Positions 34,725 to 45,571 of a stretch of 64,000 bases of DNA are shown here, piece after piece (position 1 is the stretch's first letter; the number at the start of each line of letters is the position of its first letter). The position numbers and the translations under genes were made by a program. Source of the DNA: Escherichia coli (lineage in GTDB: Bacteria > Pseudomonadota > Gammaproteobacteria > Enterobacterales > Enterobacteriaceae); NCBI RefSeq assembly GCF_050320075.1, contig NZ_CP190018.1; one strand, given 5' to 3'. The notes under the pieces are model-generated. The model did no database searches, had not been told where the DNA came from, and saw nothing but the letters and a program-made list of their open reading frames with translations.

Positions 34725-35842
34725 GCTTCACTCTCCTGCTGACGATACTGATACCACGCGGCGCACGCTCCTTCGGAGGAAACCATCAGCGCACCAAACG
34801 CGGTTTGAGGATTACAGGTGTTACCAAACAGCGGGCATTGATGCGGCTTACATTTGCCCGTTAATACTTCGCCACAACGTGCGCGCGGGTCATCGCAGAC
34901 CTGCTGCGGTGCCGGGCGGAAATGCGCTTCGGCATCGAATCGTTGATAATCCGGCGTCAGGTGTACACCAGAAGATTCAATCACGCCTAAGCCGCGCCAT
35001 TCGCTGTCGCCGTTGACACAGAACACATCGGCAATCGCCTGTTGCGCCAGCAGGTTACCGGCATCCGGCACCACCCGACGATACTGATTCTCTACCTTGC
35101 TGTGGGCCGCTATTTTCTGCTCCACCAGCATCACCACGCCTTGCAGTAGATCAAGGGGTTCGAAACCAGCGACCACCAGCGGACGATGAAAATCGCTGGC
35201 GATAAAATTATAGGCATCAGTGCCGATAACCATACTAACGTGACCGGGCGCAAGAAACGCGTCGATACCGTTATCCGGCTCTTCCAGCAAACTGCGCAGC
35301 GTCGGGATAAGCGTAATATGCTGGCAGAAGAAGTAAAAATTCTGCACATCACGCGCTTTCGCCTGTTGCAGAGTGATGGCCGTCGTCGGCATGGTGGTTT
35401 CAAAACCTAAGCCGAAGAACACCACTTTGCGGGTTGGATTCTCCTGCGCCAGTTTCAACGCATCCATCGGCGAGTAAACGATGCGCACATCGGCACCGCG
35501 TGCTTTTGCCTGCAACAGCGATCCCTGTTTCCCCGGCACGCGCATGGCGTCGCCAAAGGTACAGAAGATGACTTCCGGATGGCTGGCAATCTCCACGCAG
35601 GTATCGATTCTACCCATCGGCAGTACACACACCGGACAACCCGGACCGTGGATAAACTCAACGTTTTCCGGCAGTAACTGGTCGAGGCCGAATTTAAAGA
35701 TAGCGTGGGTATGACCGCCACACACTTCCATAATCCGCAGAGGGCGTTCGGCTGTGTAAGAGAGATGTGAAGCACGTTCGCGCAGATGCTCAATTAACTG
35801 CATCACCTGTTCCGGCGCGCGATATTCATCAACAAAACGCAT
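34721..35842 (-). CDS. hypD: Hydrogenase maturation factor HypD
   Basis: 373 aa, cysteine motifs CGGHTH, GPGCPVC. Confidence 0.95.
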   Translation of the reverse strand: MRFVDEYRAPEQVMQLIEHLRERASHLSYTAERPLRIMEVCGGHTHAIFKFGLDQLLPENVEFIHGPGCPVCVLPMGRIDTCVEIASHPEVIFCTFGDAMRVPGKQGSLLQAKARGADVRIVYSPMDALKLAQENPTRKVVFFGLGFETTMPTTAITLQQAKARDVQNFYFFCQHITLIPTLRSLLEEPDNGIDAFLAPGHVSMVIGTDAYNFIASDFHRPLVVAGFEPLDLLQGVVMLVEQKIAAHSKVENQYRRVVPDAGNLLAQQAIADVFCVNGDSEWRGLGVIESSGVHLTPDYQRFDAEAHFRPAPQQVCDDPRARCGEVLTGKCKPHQCPLFGNTCNPQTAFGALMVSSEGACAAWYQYRQQESEA

Positions 35843-36114
35843 TATTTTTCCTCGCCATACAACAGCGCACCGACATCCGGCTCAACGTCAAACATGTTTT
35901 GTAAGGCGTCGAGAGTGTCGCGCGCTTCGGCTTCATTAATTACGCTCATGGCAAAGCCAACGTGGACCAGTACCCACTGGCCTACGCGTGGCTGACCGTT
36001 TTCATCGCAGCTGCCGACTAACGTTAAATCGACATCGCGCTGAATGCCGCAGACGTCGACTTTCGCCTGGTTGCCGTCAATGGTGCGGATCTGGCCGGGA
36101 ACGCCTATGCACAT
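35842..36114 (-). CDS. hypC: Hydrogenase maturation factor HypC
   Basis: 90 aa from MCIGVPGQI; ORF-track start 36141 rejected as extension. Confidence 0.93.
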   Translation of the reverse strand: MCIGVPGQIRTIDGNQAKVDVCGIQRDVDLTLVGSCDENGQPRVGQWVLVHVGFAMSVINEAEARDTLDALQNMFDVEPDVGALLYGEEK

Positions 36115-36977
36115 CGCTGTGTCTCCAGCCAGTTCAGCCACTGGTCCATCCCTTCGCCGCTGGTGGCGGAAATAAGGATGATTTCAATTTCTGGATTGAC
36201 TTCGCGGGCGCAGGCGATGCACTTCTCAACGTCAAAGTTGAGATACGGCAGCAAGTCAACTTTGTTGAGCAGCATCAGCGAAGCTGCGGCAAACATATGC
36301 GGATATTTCAGCGGTTTGTCTTCACCTTCGGTAACGGAAAGCACCGCCACTTTGTGTTTTTCACCGAGATCGAAGCTGGCCGGGCACACGAGGTTGCCGA
36401 CGTTTTCGATAAACAGAATACCGTTATCGTCCAGTGGCAGGCGCGGTGCGGCGTCGGCAATCATCTGTGCGTCAAGATGGCAGCCTTTACCGGTATTCAC
36501 CTGAATCGCTGGTGTGCCGGTAGCGCGAATGCGCGCGGCATCGTTCACGGTTTGCTGGTCGCCTTCAATAACCGCGCACGGAACGCTGTCTTTCAGGCGC
36601 ATTAAGGTTTCCGTCAGCAGGGTGGTTTTACCGGAACCAGGGCTGGAAACCAGGTTGAGCACCAGTTGCTTGCGGGCAGCAAAGCGCGCGCGGTTGCGTT
36701 CAGCCAGACGGTTATTTTTGTCCAGCACGTCAATTTCGACTTCCAGCATCCGACGCTGGCTCATGCCCGGCGCGTGAGTACCCGCTTCGCCATGACCGTA
36801 ATGCAGATCGCCTTCTTCAGTCTGGCTGGGGGTAAATTCAGGCGCTTTAATGCCGGTGATTTTCATCTTCGGGCGTGCCGCCGGGGCAAATGGCGCGCTA
36901 CGAAACGCGGAATGAGGGTTATGTTCATCACCCTCGATATACAGGTTGCCTTCACCGCAACCGCATGTTGTACACAT
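36105..36977 (-). CDS. hypB: Hydrogenase nickel incorporation GTPase HypB
   Basis: 290 aa, [11 protein letters not shown]-terminus, His-rich region, GTPase motifs. Confidence 0.95.
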   Translation of the reverse strand: MCTTCGCGEGNLYIEGDEHNPHSAFRSAPFAPAARPKMKITGIKAPEFTPSQTEEGDLHYGHGEAGTHAPGMSQRRMLEVEIDVLDKNNRLAERNRARFAARKQLVLNLVSSPGSGKTTLLTETLMRLKDSVPCAVIEGDQQTVNDAARIRATGTPAIQVNTGKGCHLDAQMIADAAPRLPLDDNGILFIENVGNLVCPASFDLGEKHKVAVLSVTEGEDKPLKYPHMFAAASLMLLNKVDLLPYLNFDVEKCIACAREVNPEIEIILISATSGEGMDQWLNWLETQRCA

Positions 36978-36980
36978 CGC

Positions 36981-37331
36981 TCACTCCTGGTCTATTTCTA
37001 TCCGCCGAATCTGTAAACCGTCGTCTGCCACAATCTGTAGCATGTCACCATGACACTGTGGACAGCGGCGGACGCGCTGGGTCAGTAGCGTCACATACTG
37101 TTGGCATGTTTCACACCAGCATTCGGCCTCTTGTTCTTCGAGGTGCAGTTTACAACCTTCCGCCACGCTGCCGCGGCAAACCAGATCAAAACAAAAGGCA
37201 AGAGAGCTGGTTTCGACACAAGAAAATGCGCCAATTTTGAGCCAGACCCCAGTTACGCGTTTTGCGCCGTGTTTTGCGGCCTGCTGTTCGATCAATTCCA
37301 GTGCCCGTTGGCAGAGGGTTATTTCGTGCAT
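36981..37331 (-). CDS. hypA: Hydrogenase nickel insertion protein HypA
   Basis: 116 aa from MHEITLCQRAL; CxxC...CxxC zinc site. Confidence 0.93.
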   Translation of the reverse strand: MHEITLCQRALELIEQQAAKHGAKRVTGVWLKIGAFSCVETSSLAFCFDLVCRGSVAEGCKLHLEEQEAECWCETCQQYVTLLTQRVRRCPQCHGDMLQIVADDGLQIRRIEIDQE

Positions 37332-37361
37332 ATCGCCTCCCATTAACTATTGCCAGCTACA

Positions 37362-37377
37362 AGCAATAATTGTGCCA
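37362..37377 (-). promoter_or_regulatory. Candidate sigma54 promoter for hypA
   Basis: Minus-strand reading TGGCAC-AATTA-TTGCT (GG-N10-GC), about 30 nt upstream of hypA start. Confidence 0.6.
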
Positions 37378-37490
37378 GTGTTGATTATCCCTGCGGTGAA
37401 TAATGTCGATGATGTCGAAATGACACGTCGACACGGCGACGAAATTCATCTTTATCTTAAAAATCTGTTTCATAACAATGAATTAAAAGT

Positions 37491-37506
37491 TGGCACAGAA
37501 AATGCT
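37491..37506 (+). promoter_or_regulatory. Candidate sigma54 promoter for hycA
   Basis: TGGCAC-AGAAA-ATGCT (GG-N10-GC), about 37 nt upstream of hycA ATG. Confidence 0.6.
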
Positions 37507-37542
37507 TAAAGCTGGCATCTCTGTTAAACGGGTAACCTGACA

Positions 37543-38004
37543 ATGACTATTTGGGAAATAAGCGAGAAAGCCGATTACATCGCACAGCGGCATCGTCGCC
37601 TACAGGACCAGTGGCACATCTACTGCAATTCGCTGGTTCAGGGGATCACGTTATCGAAAGCGCGCCTGCATCACGCCATGAGCTGCGCGCCGGACAAAGA
37701 ACTCTGTTTCGTCCTTTTTGAACATTTTCGCATTTACGTCACCCTGGCGGATGGCTTTAACAGCCACACCATCGAGTATTACGTCGAAACAAAAGATGGT
37801 GAAGACAAACAGCGGATTGCGCAGGCGCAACTGAGCATTGACGGCATGATTGATGGCAAGGTCAACATCCGCGATCGCGAACAGGTTCTGGAACACTATC
37901 TCGAAAAAATCGCTGGCGTTTACGACAGCTTATACACCGCCATTGAAAACAATGTGCCGGTGAATTTAAGCCAACTGGTAAAGGGACAAAGCCCGGCAGC
38001 ATGA
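37543..38004 (+). CDS. hycA: Formate hydrogenlyase regulatory protein HycA
   Basis: 153 aa, MTIWEISEKADYIAQRHRRLQ... Confidence 0.95.
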   Translation: MTIWEISEKADYIAQRHRRLQDQWHIYCNSLVQGITLSKARLHHAMSCAPDKELCFVLFEHFRIYVTLADGFNSHTIEYYVETKDGEDKQRIAQAQLSIDGMIDGKVNIRDREQVLEHYLEKIAGVYDSLYTAIENNVPVNLSQLVKGQSPAA

Positions 38005-38128
38005 GCTGAGGCTTTGCCCGTTTTGCAGGCGTTACGCCTGTTTGGGGATGGGCGTGTCGATGAGTGTCGAAAATGACATTTCATCGGCATGTTTTCGTCA
38101 AAAATGACAATCACCTGAGGAATGCCTG

Positions 38129-38740
38129 GTGAATCGTTTTGTAATTGCTGACTCCACGCTCTGTATCGGCTGCCACACCTGTGAGGCCGCCTGTTCAGAG
38201 ACGCATCGCCAGCACGGCCTGCAATCAATGCCGCGCCTGCGAGTGATGCTCAATGAAAAAGAATCTGCGCCGCAGCTCTGTCACCACTGTGAAGATGCGC
38301 CCTGTGCGGTGGTTTGCCCGGTTAACGCCATCACCCGCGTTGATGGGGCCGTGCAGTTGAATGAAAGTCTGTGCGTAAGCTGCAAACTGTGCGGCATCGC
38401 CTGCCCGTTTGGCGCAATTGAATTTTCCGGCAGCCGTCCGCTGGATATTCCGGCAAACGCCAATACCCCGAAAGCGCCACCGGCACCGCCTGCTCCGGCG
38501 CGTGTCAGCACATTGCTTGACTGGGTGCCAGGTATTCGCGCGATCGCCGTCAAATGTGACCTTTGTAGCTTTGATGAACAAGGTCCGGCCTGCGTGCGGA
38601 TGTGCCCGACTAAAGCCCTGCATCTGGTGGATAACACCGATATCGCCCGCGTCAGCAAACGTAAGCGTGAGCTGACTTTTAACACGGACTTTGGCGATCT
38701 CACCTTGTTTCAGCAGGCTCAAAGTGGAGAGGCTAAATGA
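38129..38740 (+). CDS. hycB: FHL iron-sulfur subunit HycB (4Fe-4S ferredoxin-type)
   Basis: 203 aa, multiple CxxCxxCxxxCP motifs. Confidence 0.95.
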   Translation: MNRFVIADSTLCIGCHTCEAACSETHRQHGLQSMPRLRVMLNEKESAPQLCHHCEDAPCAVVCPVNAITRVDGAVQLNESLCVSCKLCGIACPFGAIEFSGSRPLDIPANANTPKAPPAPPAPARVSTLLDWVPGIRAIAVKCDLCSFDEQGPACVRMCPTKALHLVDNTDIARVSKRKRELTFNTDFGDLTLFQQAQSGEAK

Positions 38741-40563
38741 GCGCAATTTCCCTGATCAATAGTGGCGTGGCGTGGTTTGCCGCCGCCGCTGTTCTGGCAT
38801 TTCTCTTTTCTTTTCAAAAGGCGCTAAGCGGCTGGATAGCCGGAATTGGCGGCGCGGTGGGTAGCCTGTATACGGCAGCCGCGGGCTTCACTGTGCTGAC
38901 TGGTGCGGTTGGCGTGAGCGGTGCGCTGTCGCTGGTAAGCTACGATGTGCAAATCTCTCCGCTTAACGCGATTTGGCTGATTACGCTCGGCCTGTGCGGT
39001 CTGTTTGTCAGCCTCTACAACATTGACTGGCATCGCCACGCGCAGGTGAAATGCAACGGCTTGCAGATCAATATGTTGATGGCTGCCGCCGTCTGTGCCG
39101 TCATCGCCAGCAACCTCGGCATGTTCGTGGTAATGGCCGAAATCATGGCCCTGTGTGCGGTGTTCCTCACCAGCAACAGCAAAGAGGGCAAACTGTGGTT
39201 TGCGCTGGGGCGTCTTGGCACTCTGCTGCTGGCGATTGCCTGCTGGCTGCTGTGGCAGCGTTACGGCACGCTGGATCTGCGCCTGCTGGATATGCGTATG
39301 CAACAGCTGCCGCTCGGTTCCGATATCTGGCTGCTCGGTGTGATTGGCTTTGGCCTGCTGGCCGGGATTATTCCGCTGCACGGCTGGGTGCCGCAGGCAC
39401 ATGCTAACGCCTCTGCGCCAGCTGCCGCGTTGTTTTCTACGGTAGTCATGAAAATTGGCCTGCTGGGCATTTTAACCCTGTCGCTGCTGGGCGGTAATGC
39501 ACCGCTGTGGTGGGGGATCGCGCTGCTGGTGCTCGGCATGATCACCGCGTTCGTCGGTGGTCTGTATGCGTTGATGGAACACAACATCCAGCGCCTGCTG
39601 GCTTACCACACCCTGGAGAATATCGGCATTATCCTGCTGGGGCTGGGCGCTGGCGTAACGGGTATCGCGCTCGAACAACCGGCGCTGATTGCTCTTGGCC
39701 TGGTCGGTGGTCTGTACCATCTGCTTAACCATAGCCTGTTCAAAAGCGTACTGTTCCTCGGGGCGGGGAGCGTCTGGTTCCGTACCGGTCATCGCGATAT
39801 CGAAAAACTCGGTGGTATTGGCAAGAAAATGCCGGTTATCTCCATCGCCATGTTAGTCGGGCTGATGGCAATGGCTGCGTTGCCGCCGCTGAACGGGTTT
39901 GCCGGGGAATGGGTTATCTATCAATCCTTCTTCAAACTGAGCAATAGTGGCGCGTTTGTTGCCCGTCTGCTGGGGCCGCTGCTCGCAGTGGGTCTGGCAA
40001 TTACCGGTGCGCTGGCGGTGATGTGTATGGCGAAAGTCTATGGCGTCACGTTCCTCGGCGCGCCGCGTACCAAAGAAGCCGAAAACGCCACCAGTGCGCC
40101 GCTCCTGATGAGCGTAAGCGTGGTGGCACTGGCGATTTGCTGCGTAATTGGCGGTGTTGCTGCGCCGTGGCTGCTGCCGATGCTCTCTGCTGCTGTACCT
40201 CTGCCGCTGGAGCCTGCTAACACCACCGTTTCTCAACCCATGATCACGTTGCTGCTGATTGCCTGCCCGCTGCTGCCATTCATCATTATGGCGATTTGCA
40301 AAGGCGATCGTTTGCCGTCGCGTTCCCGCGGCGCGGCCTGGGTGTGCGGCTACGACCATGAAAAATCAATGGTGATTACTGCTCACGGTTTTGCCATGCC
40401 GGTGAAACAGGCGTTTGCGCCGGTGCTGAAACTGCGCAAATGGCTGAATCCGGTGTCGCTGGTACCGGGCTGGCAGTGCGAGGGGAGTGCGTTGCTGTTC
40501 CGCCGGATGGCGCTGGTTGAACTGGCGGTACTGGTGGTGATTATTGTTTCACGAGGAGCCTGA
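38737..40563 (+). CDS. hycC: FHL membrane subunit HycC
   Basis: 608 aa polytopic membrane protein (NuoL/M/N-like). Confidence 0.95.
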   Translation: MSAISLINSGVAWFAAAAVLAFLFSFQKALSGWIAGIGGAVGSLYTAAAGFTVLTGAVGVSGALSLVSYDVQISPLNAIWLITLGLCGLFVSLYNIDWHRHAQVKCNGLQINMLMAAAVCAVIASNLGMFVVMAEIMALCAVFLTSNSKEGKLWFALGRLGTLLLAIACWLLWQRYGTLDLRLLDMRMQQLPLGSDIWLLGVIGFGLLAGIIPLHGWVPQAHANASAPAAALFSTVVMKIGLLGILTLSLLGGNAPLWWGIALLVLGMITAFVGGLYALMEHNIQRLLAYHTLENIGIILLGLGAGVTGIALEQPALIALGLVGGLYHLLNHSLFKSVLFLGAGSVWFRTGHRDIEKLGGIGKKMPVISIAMLVGLMAMAALPPLNGFAGEWVIYQSFFKLSNSGAFVARLLGPLLAVGLAITGALAVMCMAKVYGVTFLGAPRTKEAENATSAPLLMSVSVVALAICCVIGGVAAPWLLPMLSAAVPLPLEPANTTVSQPMITLLLIACPLLPFIIMAICKGDRLPSRSRGAAWVCGYDHEKSMVITAHGFAMPVKQAFAPVLKLRKWLNPVSLVPGWQCEGSALLFRRMALVELAVLVVIIVSRGA

Positions 40564-40565
40564 GA

Positions 40566-41489
40566 ATGAGTGTTTTATATCCGTTAATTCAGGCGCTGGT
40601 GTTATTTGCCGTTGCGCCGCTGCTCTCCGGTATAACCCGCGTGGCGCGCGCCCGCTTGCATAACCGTCGCGGGCCGGGCGTGTTGCAGGAGTATCGCGAC
40701 ATTATCAAACTGCTGGGCCGCCAGAGCGTTGGCCCGGATGCCTCCGGCTGGGTGTTCCGCCTGACGCCGTATGTGATGGTGGGCGTCATGCTGACTATCG
40801 CTACTGCGCTGCCGGTGGTGACCGTTGGTTCTCCGCTGCCGCAGCTGGGCGATTTGATCACTTTACTGTATCTCTTTGCCATCGCGCGTTTCTTCTTTGC
40901 CATTTCTGGTCTGGATACCGGTAGCCCGTTTACCGCTATCGGCGCGAGCCGTGAAGCGATGCTTGGCGTGCTGGTTGAACCGATGCTGCTGCTTGGTCTG
41001 TGGGTCGCCGCACAGGTTGCCGGTTCCACCAACATCAGCAACATCACCGACACCGTTTATCACTGGCCGCTGAGCCAGAGCATTCCGCTGGTGCTGGCGC
41101 TTTGTGCCTGTGCATTCGCCACCTTTATCGAAATGGGCAAACTGCCGTTCGACCTGGCGGAAGCCGAGCAGGAGTTGCAGGAAGGTCCGCTCTCTGAGTA
41201 TAGCGGCAGCGGCTTTGGCGTCATGAAATGGGGTATCAGCCTGAAACAGCTGGTGGTGTTGCAGATGTTCGTCGGGGTGTTTATTCCGTGGGGACAAATG
41301 GAAACCTTCACCGTCGGTGGGCTGCTGCTGGCGCTGGTGATTGCCATCGTCAAACTGGTGGTTGGCGTCCTGGTTATCGCGCTGTTCGAAAACAGCATGG
41401 CCCGTCTGCGTCTTGATATTACTCCGCGCATTACCTGGGCTGGGTTTGGCTTTGCATTTTTAGCGTTCGTCTCCTTGCTGGCGGCGTGA
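40566..41489 (+). CDS. hycD: FHL membrane subunit HycD
   Basis: 307 aa membrane protein (NuoH-like). Confidence 0.95.
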   Translation: MSVLYPLIQALVLFAVAPLLSGITRVARARLHNRRGPGVLQEYRDIIKLLGRQSVGPDASGWVFRLTPYVMVGVMLTIATALPVVTVGSPLPQLGDLITLLYLFAIARFFFAISGLDTGSPFTAIGASREAMLGVLVEPMLLLGLWVAAQVAGSTNISNITDTVYHWPLSQSIPLVLALCACAFATFIEMGKLPFDLAEAEQELQEGPLSEYSGSGFGVMKWGISLKQLVVLQMFVGVFIPWGQMETFTVGGLLLALVIAIVKLVVGVLVIALFENSMARLRLDITPRITWAGFGFAFLAFVSLLAA

Positions 41490-41506
41490 TTAAAGAGAGT
41501 TTGAGC

Positions 41507-43216
41507 ATGTCTGAAGAAAAATTAGGTCAACATTATCTCGCTGCGCTGAATGAGGCATTTCCGGGCGTCGTGCTGGACCACGCCTGGCAGACCAAAGATC
41601 AGCTGACCGTGACCGTGAAGGTGAACTACCTGCCGGAAGTGGTGGAGTTTCTCTACTACAAGCAGGGGGGCTGGCTGTCGGTGCTGTTTGGTAACGACGA
41701 ACGCAAACTTAATGGTCATTACGCCGTTTACTACGTGCTGTCGATGGAGAAGGGCACCAAATGCTGGATAACCGTGCGCGTTGAAGTTGACGCCAACAAA
41801 CCGGAATATCCGTCCGTAACGCCGCGCGTTCCGGCGGCGGTATGGGGCGAGCGTGAAGTGCGCGATATGTACGGTTTGATTCCGGTAGGGCTGCCGGATG
41901 AACGTCGTCTGGTGCTGCCGGATGACTGGCCGGATGAACTTTATCCGCTGCGTAAAGACAGCATGGATTATCGTCAACGTCCGGCACCGACTACCGATGC
42001 TGAAACCTACGAGTTCATCAACGAACTGGGCGACAAGAAAAACAACGTCGTGCCGATTGGTCCGCTGCACGTCACTTCCGACGAACCGGGTCACTTCCGT
42101 CTGTTCGTCGATGGCGAAAACATTATCGACGCCGACTACCGCCTGTTCTATGTCCATCGCGGCATGGAAAAACTGGCGGAAACCCGCATGGGTTACAACG
42201 AAGTGACCTTCCTCTCTGACCGTGTGTGCGGGATCTGCGGCTTTGCTCACAGCACCGCCTACACCACGTCGGTGGAAAACGCGATGGGTATTCAGGTGCC
42301 AGAACGTGCGCAGATGATCCGCGCCATTCTGCTGGAGGTAGAACGCCTGCACTCGCATCTGCTCAACCTCGGCCTCGCCTGTCACTTTACCGGCTTCGAC
42401 TCCGGCTTTATGCAGTTCTTCCGCGTGCGTGAAACCTCCATGAAAATGGCAGAGATCCTTACCGGTGCGCGTAAAACCTACGGCCTGAACCTGATCGGCG
42501 GAATTCGTCGCGATCTGCTGAAAGATGACATGATCCAGACCCGCCAGTTGGCGCAACAGATGCGTCGTGAAGTGCAGGAGCTGGTGGATGTGCTGCTGAG
42601 CACACCGAACATGGAACAGCGTACTGTCGGCATTGGTCGTCTGGACCCGGAAATCGCCCGCGATTTCAGTAACGTTGGCCCGATGGTCCGCGCCAGCGGT
42701 CACGCCCGCGATACCCGTGCCGATCACCCGTTTGTTGGTTATGGCCTGCTGCCAATGGAAGTCCACAGCGAGCAGGGCTGCGACGTTATTTCCCGTCTGA
42801 AAGTGCGTATCAACGAGGTCTATACCGCGCTGAACATGATCGACTACGGTCTGGATAACCTGCCGGGCGGTCCGCTGATGGTGGAAGGCTTTACCTATAT
42901 TCCGCACCGTTTTGCGCTGGGCTTTGCCGAAGCGCCGCGCGGCGACGATATCCACTGGAGCATGACCGGCGACAACCAGAAGCTGTACCGCTGGCGCTGC
43001 CGTGCCGCGACCTACGCGAACTGGCCGACCCTGCGCTACATGCTGCGCGGCAACACCGTTTCCGATGCGCCGCTGATTATCGGTAGCCTGGACCCTTGCT
43101 ACTCCTGTACCGACCGCATGACCGTGGTCGATGTGCGTAAGAAGAAGAGCAAAGTGGTGCCGTACAAAGAACTCGAGCGTTACAGCATTGAGCGTAAAAA
43201 CTCGCCGCTGAAATAA
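41507..43216 (+). CDS. hycE: Hydrogenase 3 large subunit HycE
   Basis: 569 aa from MSEEKLGQHY; NiFe-binding RVCGICGFAHS and C-terminal DPCYSCTDR. Confidence 0.96.
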   Translation: MSEEKLGQHYLAALNEAFPGVVLDHAWQTKDQLTVTVKVNYLPEVVEFLYYKQGGWLSVLFGNDERKLNGHYAVYYVLSMEKGTKCWITVRVEVDANKPEYPSVTPRVPAAVWGEREVRDMYGLIPVGLPDERRLVLPDDWPDELYPLRKDSMDYRQRPAPTTDAETYEFINELGDKKNNVVPIGPLHVTSDEPGHFRLFVDGENIIDADYRLFYVHRGMEKLAETRMGYNEVTFLSDRVCGICGFAHSTAYTTSVENAMGIQVPERAQMIRAILLEVERLHSHLLNLGLACHFTGFDSGFMQFFRVRETSMKMAEILTGARKTYGLNLIGGIRRDLLKDDMIQTRQLAQQMRREVQELVDVLLSTPNMEQRTVGIGRLDPEIARDFSNVGPMVRASGHARDTRADHPFVGYGLLPMEVHSEQGCDVISRLKVRINEVYTALNMIDYGLDNLPGGPLMVEGFTYIPHRFALGFAEAPRGDDIHWSMTGDNQKLYRWRCRAATYANWPTLRYMLRGNTVSDAPLIIGSLDPCYSCTDRMTVVDVRKKKSKVVPYKELERYSIERKNSPLK

Positions 43217-43225
43217 GGAATCGCC

Positions 43226-43768
43226 ATGTTTACCTTTATCAAAAAAGTTATCAAAACCGGCACGGCGACCTCGTCTTATCCGCTGGAGCCGATTGCGGTT
43301 GATAAAAACTTCCGTGGTAAGCCAGAGCAGAACCCGCAGCAGTGCATCGGCTGCGCGGCCTGCGTCAATGCCTGCCCGTCAAACGCCTTAACGGTTGAAA
43401 CTGACCTCGCCACAGGAGAGCTTGCCTGGGAGTTTAATCTCGGGCGCTGCATCTTCTGTGGACGCTGCGAAGAAGTTTGCCCGACGGCGGCGATTAAGCT
43501 GTCGCAAGAGTACGAACTGGCGGTGTGGAAGAAAGAAGACTTCCTGCAACAGTCCCGCTTCGCGCTGTGCAACTGTCGCGTCTGCAATCGTCCTTTCGCC
43601 GTCCAGAAAGAGATCGACTACGCCATTGCGCTGCTCAAGCACAACGGCGACAGCCGCGCGGAAAACCACCGCGAAAGCTTTGAGACTTGCCCGGAATGTA
43701 AGCGCCAGAAATGCCTGGTGCCGTCCGACCGTATTGAACTGACTCGCCATATGAAAGAGGCCATCTGA
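43226..43768 (+). CDS. hycF: FHL iron-sulfur subunit HycF
   Basis: 180 aa, two 4Fe-4S motifs. Confidence 0.95.
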   Translation: MFTFIKKVIKTGTATSSYPLEPIAVDKNFRGKPEQNPQQCIGCAACVNACPSNALTVETDLATGELAWEFNLGRCIFCGRCEEVCPTAAIKLSQEYELAVWKKEDFLQQSRFALCNCRVCNRPFAVQKEIDYAIALLKHNGDSRAENHRESFETCPECKRQKCLVPSDRIELTRHMKEAI

Positions 43769-44535
43769 TGAGCAATTTATTAGGCCCCCGTGACGCCAAC
43801 GGCATTCCGGTCCCGATGACGGTGGATGAATCCATCGCCAGCATGAAGGCGTCGTTACTGAAAAAAATCAAACGTTCTGCCTACGTTTACCGCGTGGACT
43901 GCGGCGGCTGCAACGGCTGCGAAATCGAAATTTTCGCCACGCTTTCGCCGCTGTTTGATGCAGAACGCTTCGGCATTAAAGTCGTTCCTTCACCGCGTCA
44001 TGCGGATATTTTACTGTTTACCGGCGCGGTCACCCGTGCAATGCGATCCCCTGCGCTGCGTGCGTGGCAGTCCGCGCCGGACCCGAAAATTTGTATCTCC
44101 TACGGTGCCTGCGGTAACAGCGGCGGGATCTTCCACGATCTCTACTGCGTGTGGGGCGGTACGGATAAAATCGTCCCGGTGGATGTTTATATCCCTGGCT
44201 GCCCGCCAACGCCTGCCGCCACGCTGTACGGCTTTGCAATGGCGCTCGGCCTGCTGGAGCAGAAAATTCACGCCCGTGGGCCGGGTGAGCAGGATGAACA
44301 ACCGGCGGAGATCCTGCATGGCGATATGGTGCAGCCGCTGCGCGTGAAAGTGGATCGCGAAGCTCGCCGCCTGGCGGGTTACCGTTACGGTCGCCAGATT
44401 GCCGATGACTTCCTGACACAGTTAGGGCAGGGCGAAGAGCAGGTTGCACGCTGGCTGGAAGCGGAAAACGATCCGCGTCTGAACGAGATTGTCAGCCATC
44501 TGAATCATGTTGTTGAAGAGGCGCGTATCCGATGA
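43768..44535 (+). CDS. hycG: Hydrogenase 3 small subunit HycG
   Basis: 255 aa, NuoB-like cysteine motifs. Confidence 0.95.
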   Translation: MSNLLGPRDANGIPVPMTVDESIASMKASLLKKIKRSAYVYRVDCGGCNGCEIEIFATLSPLFDAERFGIKVVPSPRHADILLFTGAVTRAMRSPALRAWQSAPDPKICISYGACGNSGGIFHDLYCVWGGTDKIVPVDVYIPGCPPTPAATLYGFAMALGLLEQKIHARGPGEQDEQPAEILHGDMVQPLRVKVDREARRLAGYRYGRQIADDFLTQLGQGEEQVARWLEAENDPRLNEIVSHLNHVVEEARIR

Positions 44536-44942
44536 GTGAAAAGGTGGTGTTCAGTCAACTGAGCCGTAAATTTATTGATGAGAACGATGCCACGCCCGCC
44601 GAGGCGCAGCAGGTGGTCTATTACAGCCTGGCGATTGGTCACCACCTTGGGGTTATCGATTGCCTGGAAGCGGCGCTCACCTGTCCGTGGGATGAATATC
44701 TGGCATGGATTGCCACTCTGGAGGCGGGCAGCGAAGCCCGCCGCAAAATGGAAGGCGTGCCGAAATATGGTGAGATCGTCATCGACATTAACCATGTGCC
44801 GATGCTGGCCAACGCATTCGATAAAGCCCGGGCTGCGCAAACTTCGCAGCAGAAAGAATGGAGTACAATGCTGTTAAGTATGCTGCATGATATTCATCAG
44901 GAAAACGCCATCTATTTGATGGTGAGGAGATTGCGTGACTGA
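44532..44942 (+). CDS. hycH: FHL maturation protein HycH
   Basis: 136 aa. Confidence 0.93.
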   Translation: MSEKVVFSQLSRKFIDENDATPAEAQQVVYYSLAIGHHLGVIDCLEAALTCPWDEYLAWIATLEAGSEARRKMEGVPKYGEIVIDINHVPMLANAFDKARAAQTSQQKEWSTMLLSMLHDIHQENAIYLMVRRLRD

Positions 44943-45405
44943 CGTTTTACTCTGTGTTGGCAATAGCATGATGGGCGATGATGGCGCAGGTCCGCTGCTG
45001 GCGGAAAAGTGTGCCGCCGCGCCGAAAGGTAACTGGGTGGTGATTGACGGCGGTAGCGCACCGGAAAACGACATCGTCGCTATTCGCGAACTGCGCCCGA
45101 CACGACTGTTGATTGTCGACGCCACGGATATGGGGCTAAACCCCGGCGAGATCCGCATCATCGATCCGGATGATATCGCCGAGATGTTTATGATGACTAC
45201 CCATAACATGCCGTTGAACTACCTTATCGACCAGTTGAAAGAAGACATTGGCGAAGTGATTTTCCTCGGCATCCAGCCGGATATCGTCGGCTTTTACTAC
45301 CCGATGACCCAGCCGATTAAAGACGCCGTAGAAACCGTTTATCAACGACTGGAAGGCTGGGAAGGGAATGGCGGATTCGCGCAGTTAGCGGTGGAAGAAG
45401 AGTAG
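44935..45405 (+). CDS. hycI: Hydrogenase 3 maturation protease HycI
   Basis: 156 aa, GTG start, (M)[18 protein letters not shown]. Confidence 0.95.
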   Translation: MTDVLLCVGNSMMGDDGAGPLLAEKCAAAPKGNWVVIDGGSAPENDIVAIRELRPTRLLIVDATDMGLNPGEIRIIDPDDIAEMFMMTTHNMPLNYLIDQLKEDIGEVIFLGIQPDIVGFYYPMTQPIKDAVETVYQRLEGWEGNGGFAQLAVEEE

Positions 45406-45461
45406 TTCGTAGACAAACATGTTCACGTTTTGGAATTTGGACGTGCAATTGTGACGTGTAG

Positions 45462-45490
45462 ACGGGTGTTTACATATTGTGAACACCCGT
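45462..45490. promoter_or_regulatory. Inverted repeat (candidate operator) overlapping a candidate promoter upstream of the higB-like gene
   Basis: ACGGGTGTT-N11-AACACCCGT; overlaps putative -35 TTGTGA (45477-45482), 17-bp spacer, -10 TACTAT (45500-45505); RBS AAGGAAG before ATG 45572. Confidence 0.4.
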
Positions 45491-45571
45491 GTGATCAACT
45501 ACTATAGAAAAATAAATCCGAAGGAATGGTAGTCCAGGTTTAGTCATTCAGGCGCTAATAAGGAAGTTAAA

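Noticed and set aside
41522-42955. 477-aa ORF on the minus strand
   Set aside because: Lies entirely inside and antisense to hycE, which has unambiguous NiFe-hydrogenase motifs; long antisense ORFs are common in GC-rich coding sequence.
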